From contig DLKT01000008.1 of NCBI GenBank assembly GCA_002477825.1, positions 42,659-106,658 of the forward strand: 64,000 nt of DNA, in the 5' to 3' direction. Positions 46,246 through 54,931 of the stretch are shown in pieces. A model generated the notes under the pieces. The model saw only the letters and a program-made list of their open reading frames with translations. It searched no databases and was not told the origin of the DNA. The first letter of the stretch is position 1. Each line of letters starts with the position of its first letter. The DNA is from Bacillales bacterium UBA7581. Lineage in GTDB: Bacteria; Bacillota_I; Bacilli_A; RFN20; CAG-826. Position numbers and translations under genes: made by a program.

Positions 46246-48747
46246 ATGAATAAAAATTTGATATTTGGACTAGCCTTAATAACTTCCTTATTAATGGGCT
46301 GTTCAGAAGCAAAACCAACAACGTCTTCATCCCCAAATAGTTCTTATGTAGACCAAGACGTTCATGTGGAATCAGTCACTATCAAAAATAAGGAGAAAAC
46401 GACGCTTAAAGTAGGAGAGTCGATTTCATTAGAAGTTGAAGTACTACCAAAGAACGCTACCAATCAACTCGTTCATTATTCTTCTTCTGATGAGAGTGTT
46501 GCTTATGTTTCCATTGATAATGTCTTGCATGCTCGTAAAAAAGGCACTTGTAAGATTACCGTTACATCGGATGACGGAAATAAAGTAGATACGATGGATA
46601 TTTCTGTTATCGATTCTACAGTTACTGATTTTCAAGTAGCGTTCAAAGGCCAAGTGGATACCATTCAATCGGGAGTTAACACTTTTTATAAATTGATTTT
46701 AAATCAATCCTATCCTTTAGAAATCACTTTTACTTCAACTGATCCAGAAGATGAGCAATTAGAAGTGTCTTTTAGCTTAGATGGTTTTGTGGAATATCAT
46801 GAGGCAACGAAATCCTTGCTTCCTCTTAAGAGAACGGACTCTTTGACGGCAACTTTCAAAGTCAAAGGAACAGATTTAAAGAAAGAAATCTTCATTAAAG
46901 TTGTTTCAGAAGGCGAAAAAGATGTAAGTGAAGCTTTAAATATACTAAAAGCGTCTTATCAACGAGAGAAGAACTTAAATATCTCTAGTTATCAGTTTGA
47001 CTTTGAATTTGATTACGATAAACTCCAAGGAACAAAACTTAATCGTTATCACACCATTCAAACCACTCAATATGATATTTATAAACAATCCTCCAATCGC
47101 TATATGTTAGGAACTACACATAACGAAACTGAAGTGACTTTGGAAGGAGCAAGTACTTCAACAAAGAGCACAATTGACTCAAGAATTTTTAAAGGTATGA
47201 GCGATGATGGTAACTACTATGAATTCCAAGTGAATCAAGAAGGAAAACATCTTACAACGCCTTTAAAGAAAGCTATTGTTGATGAAATTAGTGATAAAAC
47301 CACACAAACGACTAGAGAATTAGCAATTCAAGATTCTACGCGCTATACGATGAATAGCCACGTGGGATTATCCGCGATTGGATATTTCCATTTCAGTGGT
47401 TTATATGAAAACTCATTAGGATTTACTTCTTTACCAATGTATTTTGGAATGGGCGGATTGACAAATTTAAAAATCACTGGTGATGCACATCAATTAAAAG
47501 CTGAGACTTACTTTATTGAAGAAAGACCTTCCAACGTTTCTAATGGAAAAGTCTTCTTTAATACAGGAATTTATGATTTTGATGATAATGAAAATTTGAT
47601 TTCCATTGATGTGACTTCTTATGTTTACGATTCTACTTCTTTTGATTTTAATACAGAAACACTAAAAGAAAATCCAACATACTATGAACTCTATAAGACG
47701 AAATATACCCAAACTTATGGAGATTTAAAGACACAAGAAACTAATGATTTAGATCCCAAAAATTTATATTTCAATGATTATACGCCAATTTTAACGACAG
47801 CGAATGGAACAAAAGTAACAGAATATAAAGAAGGACAAACCTATTATCTTAGTTTTGAAAATCCAAATCCTTCTATCGCTACCAATTTGATAGATGGATT
47901 ATTTGTTGATGATGCAAGCGATAAAAATGTTGTTCAGATTCTTGATAACGGAAAAGCCATTAAAATTTTAAAATCAGGCGTTTCTCAACTAACGGTTTAT
48001 TCATCTAAAAATCAAATTGAAAAAACGTTAATGGTCAATGTTGGCGTCACCATGCCATCTTCAATTTCTATCGAAGTGAATGGAGAAGGCAAAGATTCAG
48101 TGCAAGTTCAACAAGGAGAAAAATTAGAGCCGATTACTTTTAAAGTTTTACCAGAAGCGGCTTCACAAGAAGCGGAAGTAACTTTAAATGGCGTTGGTGC
48201 TATTACCAAAAATCAAGATGGATCTTATTCATTTATTAGTAATGAAGTGGGAAGTGCAACTTTAACAGTTACAAGTAAATTAGATAAAAATATTTCCAAG
48301 AGCTTAGCAATTGAAGTTACAAAAAAAGACAGTTCTGCTTCTTTTATGGATGTTTTATTAGCAAGTACTTATGCAAGTTCAGATGATTCGTTAACTGAAT
48401 CAGATAAGGTGCAATTAGCTAAAATCTCTTTTGTTTCTAAAAATAAAGCAAGATTTAGTGTTACCGCTATGCGGGGGTTTGAAGCTTATGAATACATCTT
48501 TGATTGTGATATTACTATTGATGAAACCAATAAAACGATTACATTTAATGAAGTAACCCTTACAAATGATGATTATAGCGAATATACAGATGATTATAGC
48601 TTCCCTGTAATAGAAACGGGTATTGCTTATCAAATTGAAGATGATGCAAGTGCTTTACATCTTAAATTGATTTGTATTTATGAAGGTGAAAATGATGGAT
48701 TATACGATAATAATTTTCCACTCAATACCTTTAATAAAGTAGCCTAA
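46246..48747 (+). CDS. Large lipoprotein with Ig-like (Big_2-type) domains at both ends
   Basis: Lipobox LLMGC. The LKVGES..L.V.VLP.NATNQ...SSD..VA.V pattern appears near the N- and C-termini. Confidence 0.75.
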   Translation: MNKNLIFGLALITSLLMGCSEAKPTTSSSPNSSYVDQDVHVESVTIKNKEKTTLKVGESISLEVEVLPKNATNQLVHYSSSDESVAYVSIDNVLHARKKGTCKITVTSDDGNKVDTMDISVIDSTVTDFQVAFKGQVDTIQSGVNTFYKLILNQSYPLEITFTSTDPEDEQLEVSFSLDGFVEYHEATKSLLPLKRTDSLTATFKVKGTDLKKEIFIKVVSEGEKDVSEALNILKASYQREKNLNISSYQFDFEFDYDKLQGTKLNRYHTIQTTQYDIYKQSSNRYMLGTTHNETEVTLEGASTSTKSTIDSRIFKGMSDDGNYYEFQVNQEGKHLTTPLKKAIVDEISDKTTQTTRELAIQDSTRYTMNSHVGLSAIGYFHFSGLYENSLGFTSLPMYFGMGGLTNLKITGDAHQLKAETYFIEERPSNVSNGKVFFNTGIYDFDDNENLISIDVTSYVYDSTSFDFNTETLKENPTYYELYKTKYTQTYGDLKTQETNDLDPKNLYFNDYTPILTTANGTKVTEYKEGQTYYLSFENPNPSIATNLIDGLFVDDASDKNVVQILDNGKAIKILKSGVSQLTVYSSKNQIEKTLMVNVGVTMPSSISIEVNGEGKDSVQVQQGEKLEPITFKVLPEAASQEAEVTLNGVGAITKNQDGSYSFISNEVGSATLTVTSKLDKNISKSLAIEVTKKDSSASFMDVLLASTYASSDDSLTESDKVQLAKISFVSKNKARFSVTAMRGFEAYEYIFDCDITIDETNKTITFNEVTLTNDDYSEYTDDYSFPVIETGIAYQIEDDASALHLKLICIYEGENDGLYDNNFPLNTFNKVA

Positions 48748-48761
48748 GAGGAGTTGAAAGT

Positions 48762-50441
48762 ATGAAAAAATTAATTTTAACAGCGGTATCTTTGACATCT
48801 GTTTTACTGATTGCAGGATGTGGTAAAACGGAAGATAAAACACCAGCAAGCCGTGAAAAGATTGCTAAAAAATTAAGTGAATTTGATTTAGATAAAGTAA
48901 TTTCTTATGACTTTGTTGATCGTACTTATTCATACCTTTATTACAATAACGCTAAATATGTTGTAAGCGGTGCGGGCAGTTCAGGTATTATTAATTACGA
49001 AGCAAGACATCAATTTCAATTGTTTAAGAATCAAACGATTACAGATTCGATTGAAGTGGATGGATTAGTCGACGTTGCCGCTTCTAAAGTAGACTTTACG
49101 ATACCAGCAAAAGGACAAATCTTTGTTCAAAATGGATATATTTATGATTACTTTATCTGCGATTCAATGAAAGATCAATCCTACGTTAATTGTTATGAAA
49201 CTGATGTTTATAATACATTTGAAGATTACTTTAATTATCTTTCTATTATAACAACTGCGCGTTATGCATTTAATGATCCATCTACTTATTTCCCAAGCGA
49301 TAGTGACTATACACAACCAGTTCTTGAGATAAAGGAACAAGATGGCGTAGAAATTTATGATTTAGAAAGCTCCTATCCAGGAGACAACACGTATCGCCCA
49401 TATACAATTAGTTTTCATGTTGAATATGACAAAAAGGCAAAAGAGTTTGTCAGTGTTTCTTACCAAGAAAGAGCAATGAAGAATGATTTAAGTGACGATT
49501 ATGAAACAGGAACTTCTTCGTTAATTCGTTATACAATTCGTAACATAAAATTAGGAGAAAAAGAAAATTATTCAAAGACGTACTATTCTTATGATGACAT
49601 TCAAGATAAAAACAAAATTCATGATGCACCGAATGAAGTTGTGGATGTTTCACAACTAGAAGATGGGAAGCTAGATGATGAAATCACACTCGATATTATC
49701 CGAAAAATTGATGCTTATTCTAATGATGTTCGTGAGACACAATACTCTATGATTTATCATAATGCTTTTGATTTTGCAAATACAGATCAAACGGAGTTAG
49801 GCGCAATGATGTTTAGTGGAAAAATCACGTCATATAGCGATAATATCACCGATAACATAGGTTATATGCAAAAAGTAGATAAAGATGATTCTCCGATTAA
49901 CGGAACAAAAGCCAACTATCGGATTTTCACGAAAGCAATGGAAGAATATATTATTCGAGGCGGTATTTTTGATAAATACATTACCTCATCTATGGCGGGC
50001 GTTTTAAAAAGTCAAGTGAATCGCGCTCGTGCTTATTTAGACGCTAACCCACTTTATTGGAATGAAATTAATAACATTTACAGTGGCTTTATTAATTATG
50101 AATTAGGAAAAACAAATCTTGATGGTGGAAGTTCTTTCCAAGTGGCAGTTTCGGGAACCAAGAAAGGAACACATTTGGAAATTAAAGGAGAACTCCATAA
50201 GAAAATTAATACTGGTTATAATGTTGAAAACATTGATACATTTACCTTTATTATTGATAATGACAAATTAACCTCCTTAGTGTTTGTTGCAAAAGGAAAC
50301 ACGCAAGCCGATGGCCCTTATACGGACACTTATATGGCAAACTTTGTTCATGGCATTAAAAAGCCATTTGATGGTGTAGAAATGGATTTTGATACCATAG
50401 ATACACAAGTCACAATGGAATCCTTTAACATCATTGGCTAA
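48762..50441 (+). CDS. Lipoprotein, function unknown
   Basis: Lipobox LIAGC. Starts 14 nt after the upstream lipoprotein gene. Confidence 0.7.
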   Translation: MKKLILTAVSLTSVLLIAGCGKTEDKTPASREKIAKKLSEFDLDKVISYDFVDRTYSYLYYNNAKYVVSGAGSSGIINYEARHQFQLFKNQTITDSIEVDGLVDVAASKVDFTIPAKGQIFVQNGYIYDYFICDSMKDQSYVNCYETDVYNTFEDYFNYLSIITTARYAFNDPSTYFPSDSDYTQPVLEIKEQDGVEIYDLESSYPGDNTYRPYTISFHVEYDKKAKEFVSVSYQERAMKNDLSDDYETGTSSLIRYTIRNIKLGEKENYSKTYYSYDDIQDKNKIHDAPNEVVDVSQLEDGKLDDEITLDIIRKIDAYSNDVRETQYSMIYHNAFDFANTDQTELGAMMFSGKITSYSDNITDNIGYMQKVDKDDSPINGTKANYRIFTKAMEEYIIRGGIFDKYITSSMAGVLKSQVNRARAYLDANPLYWNEINNIYSGFINYELGKTNLDGGSSFQVAVSGTKKGTHLEIKGELHKKINTGYNVENIDTFTFIIDNDKLTSLVFVAKGNTQADGPYTDTYMANFVHGIKKPFDGVEMDFDTIDTQVTMESFNIIG

Positions 50442-50455
50442 TTAAAGAATCTTAA

Positions 50456-50493
50456 AAGGCATAGTATTCTTGATAGAACGCTATGCTTTTTTT
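50456..50493 (+). terminator. Rho-independent terminator
   Basis: GCATAG...CTATGC stem followed by T7. Confidence 0.75.
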
Positions 50494-50577
50494 GTCGAAT
50501 CTTTTTTTGTTTAACGATTCAATTTATGTTCAAAATATCAATCGTAAAACATAAGTTTTGTTAGGAGCGTGGAAAGC

Positions 50578-52632
50578 ATGCTAGAAAAGTTTTCAATTGA
50601 ATCTCAAAAAATGATTGCGGTTGCCGAATCTTTAGCTTTTGATTTATCGAGTTCTTTTATTGGTAAAGAACATCTTTTTCTTGCTTTTTTAAAAGCACGT
50701 GATTCTTTATTATCAACACTTTTACTACCTTATGGAATCACTTATGAAGTCTTTTTAAAAGAGCTAAAGAAAAAAAGAAAAGAAGAAGACGTATATTTTA
50801 TGGAGTATACTACTTCTTTTAAAGTTCTTTTAGAAAGAGCGGTACAAAAAGCAAAAGAAAACAAAGAAGAAAGAGTTTCTCTTGAATCCTTAGCCTATGT
50901 GTTAGTGGAAGATAATGAAGGCATGGTTTCTGATTTCTTAACAAATAATAAAGTCAAGAAAAAGGAAATGATGGCACAAATGGCAAAAGCAATGAAAAAG
51001 CATAGTGAATTAGAAAATATCATCGATCTGCACGAATTAAGTAAAACCAAAAAAGATCCTTTAATTGGTAGAGAAAAAGAATTAGATCAATTAATTCGCG
51101 CTTTAATCAGAAGAAATAAGCCGAACGCTCTTTTAGTTGGAGCGCCAGGAATTGGGAAAACCGCTATTGTAGAAGAATTAGCGTATTTGCTTTCTTTAAA
51201 TAAAGTAAAAGGCTTAGAAAATAAAAGGATCTATGAATTAGATCTTTCTTCCGTAGTAGGCGGAACAAAATACCGTGGAGAATTTGAAGAAAAATTAAAA
51301 AAGATCATTCGAAAAGTGAAAGAAGACGGGAACGCTATTCTGTTTATTGACGAAATCCATAATATTATTAAAGCTGGTGGAGCGGAAGGCGCTATTGATG
51401 CAAGTAATATTTTAAAGCCCTATTTATCGAGAGGAGAAATTCAACTTATAGGAGCAACGACAACGGATGAATATCATTCCACCATTGCAAAAGATAAAGC
51501 ATTAAGCCGTCGTTTTCAACTGATTAAAGTCGATCCTTCTACCGCCAGTGAAACCGAAAAAATCCTACAATCTTTAGTGCCAATTTATGAGAGTTACTAT
51601 CAAATTAAAATCCCTCGTAATCTAGTTCGCTTTATTGTGGATTTAGCGGATGAATATCTTCCAGCACGTTCTTTTCCAGATAAAGCTATCGATATTTTAG
51701 ATAATAGTTCAGTTATTGCAAATAAAACATTAACTAGAGAAAATATTGTGCGGACAATGGAAAGCTTTTATAATGTAACGATTGATATTCAAAACAAAGC
51801 CATTTTCACAAGAAATGAGTTAGAAAGAAAATTAATTGGGCAGAAACCCGCTATTGAAAAGATTTATCGATGGTTAAGACTTCTTGAAAATGGGGCAAGA
51901 TTGCCGTCACACCCACTTCTAGTTCTCTTTTTTGCCGGACCATCAGGCGTAGGAAAAAGTGAAGCAAGTAAAATTATTGCGGAATGCTTTTTGAAGAATA
52001 AAGAAGCTTTTATTCGCTTAGATATGGCTTCTTATCAAGATAGTGCTTCATTAAATAAACTCATTGGCTCTGCTCCCGGTTATAGTGGCTATGATAGTAA
52101 ACCCACATTCATAAAAAGAATTCAAGCACATCCAAATGCCGTAGTTTTACTAGATGAAATCGATAAAGCCCATGTCGATGTCTGCGATTTTTTCTTAAGC
52201 ATTTTCGATGAAGGGTATTTTTACGATGCCACACAAGAAAAAGTGGATTGCTCCAACATTATATTTATCATGACCTCAAATCAAGGTTTTGGTAAGGAAG
52301 AATCTTTTTCTAGAAGAATGCATTTCCATGTAGAAAATGGAAAAGAAGATATTTATACCAAATTATCTTCACAATTTCGTTTAGAATTTCTTAATCGTTT
52401 AGACGATATTATTCTTTTTGATTATTTTGATGAAGAGGCCAAAAAGCAACTAATTCATCAGTATTTAATGTTATATCAAGAAGCACAAAGCATGGAAATT
52501 GTCAAAGAAATTCACGAAGAAGATGTCCACGTTAACAATACAGATCTAGCGCGTTTTGGAGCAAGATACGTAAGAAGAGCGGTTATACAGAGTATATCTG
52601 AACTTTTGGACGAAAAAGAAAAAATACAATAA
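50578..52632 (+). CDS. Divergent two-ring Clp/Hsp100 AAA+ ATPase (ClpC-like N-domain, no middle domain)
   Basis: Clp_N repeats. D1 GAPGIGKT/LFIDEIH and D2 GPSGVGKS/LLDEIDKA. D1 runs directly into D2. Confidence 0.8.
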   Translation: MLEKFSIESQKMIAVAESLAFDLSSSFIGKEHLFLAFLKARDSLLSTLLLPYGITYEVFLKELKKKRKEEDVYFMEYTTSFKVLLERAVQKAKENKEERVSLESLAYVLVEDNEGMVSDFLTNNKVKKKEMMAQMAKAMKKHSELENIIDLHELSKTKKDPLIGREKELDQLIRALIRRNKPNALLVGAPGIGKTAIVEELAYLLSLNKVKGLENKRIYELDLSSVVGGTKYRGEFEEKLKKIIRKVKEDGNAILFIDEIHNIIKAGGAEGAIDASNILKPYLSRGEIQLIGATTTDEYHSTIAKDKALSRRFQLIKVDPSTASETEKILQSLVPIYESYYQIKIPRNLVRFIVDLADEYLPARSFPDKAIDILDNSSVIANKTLTRENIVRTMESFYNVTIDIQNKAIFTRNELERKLIGQKPAIEKIYRWLRLLENGARLPSHPLLVLFFAGPSGVGKSEASKIIAECFLKNKEAFIRLDMASYQDSASLNKLIGSAPGYSGYDSKPTFIKRIQAHPNAVVLLDEIDKAHVDVCDFFLSIFDEGYFYDATQEKVDCSNIIFIMTSNQGFGKEESFSRRMHFHVENGKEDIYTKLSSQFRLEFLNRLDDIILFDYFDEEAKKQLIHQYLMLYQEAQSMEIVKEIHEEDVHVNNTDLARFGARYVRRAVIQSISELLDEKEKIQ

Positions 52633-52654
52633 AGTTAGGAATTTTCAATTTTAA

Positions 52655-52699
52655 AGCGTAATGAATACTTGAGAACCTCAAGTCGATTACGCTTTTTTT
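52655..52699 (+). terminator. Rho-independent terminator
   Basis: GCGTAAT..ACTTGAG-aacc-CTCAAGT..ATTACGC followed by T7. Confidence 0.85.
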
Positions 52700-52700
52700 C

Positions 52701-52729
52701 TTTACAACCAAGAAGAATTATTTTATAAT
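52701..52729 (+). promoter_or_regulatory. rpsF operon promoter (TTTACA-17-TATAAT)
   Basis: Hexamers at 52701-52706 and 52724-52729. This leaves a ~77-nt leader. Confidence 0.65.
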
Positions 52730-52812
52730 AATTCTACTATGGGGTGAAGGCCATAGGAATACTCTCTGCCAATGCTAAAATTGGCCAGAAAAGACCAAAG
52801 GGAGGTGTACTC

Positions 52813-53103
52813 ATGAAAAAGTACGAAATTATGTATATTGTTAGAGCTAATCTTGATGAAGAAGCACGCAAAGCTGCTATTAGCAAGATGAACGCAGTCA
52901 TCACCGATAACGGTGGAACCATTGATGATGTCAATGAATGGGGACTTCGTGATTTAGCTTATCCAATCAAAGACGAAATGAAAGGATTCTACGTTGTAGT
53001 CAAAGTTACTGCTGATGCAGCGGCTACGAAAGAATTTGATCGTCTTGCCAAAATTAACAACAATATTCTTCGTCATTTGATCGTTCTCGGTCATGCTGAA
53101 TAA
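52813..53103 (+). CDS. rpsF: 30S ribosomal protein S6
   Basis: MKKYEIMYIVR N-terminus after GGGAGGTG. The ORF-track start at 52744 is an upstream extension. Confidence 0.95.
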   Translation: MKKYEIMYIVRANLDEEARKAAISKMNAVITDNGGTIDDVNEWGLRDLAYPIKDEMKGFYVVVKVTADAAATKEFDRLAKINNNILRHLIVLGHAE

Positions 53104-53126
53104 AGAATATAAGGAGGAATTCAATC

Positions 53127-53561
53127 ATGATTAATCGTGTCGTATTAGTAGGTCGTTTAACTAGAGATCCTGAACTTAGAAGAACAAGTTCTGGTATTGC
53201 TGTCGCATCCTTCACCATTGCGGTAGATAACCGTGTGAAAAGCGGAGCAGAAAGAAGTGCAAGTTTTATTCCATGTACAGTTTGGAATCAAGCTGCAGAC
53301 AATATGGCGAGATTTACTAGAAAAGGTTCGCTTGTTGGTGTTGAAGGTCGTTTAAATCAACGTACTTATGACGCTAAAGACGGACGTAAAGTAAATGTTT
53401 TAGAAGTCATTTGTGATTCTGTCCAATTCTTAGAACCAAAAGGCACGAGCACCGAAACGGCGCCAAAAGAAGAAACGCCAGTTTTCGATGACATGGCTGA
53501 AGATAGTGGCAATCGTAACTTATCATCTATTGATATTCCAGATGATGATTTGCCATTTTAA
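53127..53561 (+). CDS. ssb: Single-stranded DNA-binding protein
   Basis: MINRVVLVGRLTRDPELR OB fold and the acidic tail DDDLPF. Confidence 0.95.
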   Translation: MINRVVLVGRLTRDPELRRTSSGIAVASFTIAVDNRVKSGAERSASFIPCTVWNQAADNMARFTRKGSLVGVEGRLNQRTYDAKDGRKVNVLEVICDSVQFLEPKGTSTETAPKEETPVFDDMAEDSGNRNLSSIDIPDDDLPF

Positions 53562-53598
53562 AAAATAAAAAATTAATCAATGAAAGGTGGATGAAACA

Positions 53599-53826
53599 AT
53601 GGGTTTCAAAAAAATTAGACCTCGTAAAAAGGTTTGCTATTTCACCAAAAATAAAGTTGCATATATCGACTACAAAGATGTCGAATTATTAAAGAGATTT
53701 ATTTCTCCAAACGGTAAAATCACTCCACGTCGTGTGACTGGTACCTGTGCAAAATATCAACGTGAATTAGCGAAAGCAATTAAAAATGCTCGTTATATGG
53801 CTTTATTACCATATGTTATCGACTAA
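53599..53826 (+). CDS. rpsR: 30S ribosomal protein S18
   Basis: RKKVCYFT...IDYKD..LL.RFIS..GKI.PRR.TG. Confidence 0.95.
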   Translation: MGFKKIRPRKKVCYFTKNKVAYIDYKDVELLKRFISPNGKITPRRVTGTCAKYQRELAKAIKNARYMALLPYVID

Positions 53827-53845
53827 TTAAATTAAAAAACATAAG

Positions 53846-53877
53846 GCCTCCGAAGTATGGTTTCGGGGGCTTTTCTT
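53846..53877 (+). terminator. Rho-independent terminator
   Basis: GCCTCCGAA/TTCGGGGGC stem followed by TTTT. Confidence 0.8.
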
Positions 53878-53901
53878 CTAATAGGGAAAGGAGAGGAAAA
53901 A

Positions 53902-54828
53902 ATGAATAAATTAAAATATTTAACGGATGCAGCAATGACAACCGCTATTGCGATTGCTATCCTTTTAATTTCTCATGTAACGGGATTAGAAATAGAAGAA
54001 TTATTTCCTTTTTTAATTCCTATTCCAGTGGCTCTTTATACGATGCGATATGGTTTCGTTAAAGGATTAATTCCTATGATTGCCATTTCAAGTTTGTCGT
54101 TAGCGCATAATCCATTACACGGACTATTTTTCGTTTTAAGTGGCAATTTGATTGGATTATTGTATGGATTAAGTCTTTATAAAACGAAAAAGCAAGGCGT
54201 TCATATTACTATTGCCGTTTTAGGCTCTGTTGTGATTAATGTTTTAACCATGCTTGTTTTCTCTCAACTTCTTTATGGCTATTCGATTTATGATGAAATT
54301 TCTTCGGTTCTGCAGGCTTTATTTGAAAGATTACCTCAATTAAATAATGAAACGAAAATTATGGTTGAAGCCATTTCTAAAGGATTAGTGCCTAGTATTA
54401 TTGCGATTATGAGTCTTTTAGAAGGCGTGTTATTTCATTATGTTACTTTGCTTTTATCAAAAAGAATATTTCAACATGAGACAGAGCAATTTTCATTTCA
54501 AAAAATTCGATTCCCATTTGCGGTTAACATCGTATTCTGCATGATGAGCATTCTTGTTTTTGGCTCAATGATGTTTTATCAACAATTTCCAAGTTGGCTT
54601 CGCACCCTATGGGAAATTCTTTTAAATATCATTATTATTCTCTCTTTAGTCTACTTATTAATTTCTTTAGTTTATTTTTCTCAACTTGCACGAAAAAAGA
54701 ATAAAATGTGGATTTATTTGCTTGCCTGTTTATTTATCGTATTATTCCCACTTCATGTCATTAACGGAGTAGTACAATCTTTTATTTCTTACCATAAAGA
54801 AAAAGATTTAAATAAAAAAGAAAACTAA
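53902..54828 (+). CDS. yybS: YybS-like (DUF2232) polytopic membrane protein
   Basis: Multi-TM. It occupies the position upstream of gdpP, as in Bacillus. Confidence 0.65.
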   Translation: MNKLKYLTDAAMTTAIAIAILLISHVTGLEIEELFPFLIPIPVALYTMRYGFVKGLIPMIAISSLSLAHNPLHGLFFVLSGNLIGLLYGLSLYKTKKQGVHITIAVLGSVVINVLTMLVFSQLLYGYSIYDEISSVLQALFERLPQLNNETKIMVEAISKGLVPSIIAIMSLLEGVLFHYVTLLLSKRIFQHETEQFSFQKIRFPFAVNIVFCMMSILVFGSMMFYQQFPSWLRTLWEILLNIIIILSLVYLLISLVYFSQLARKKNKMWIYLLACLFIVLFPLHVINGVVQSFISYHKEKDLNKKEN

Positions 54829-54856
54829 AATAATCCAATTTACCGCGCTTAAAAAT

Positions 54857-54886
54857 AATAGAACTATGTTCTATTTTATTTTTAAT
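54857..54886 (+). terminator. AT-rich hairpin plus T-run after yybS
   Basis: AATAGAAC-tat-GTTCTATT followed by TTATTTTT. Confidence 0.45.
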
Positions 54887-54931
54887 GGGTGACGTGTATA
54901 ATATACTTAAATAATGATTGAGGTGATCATC

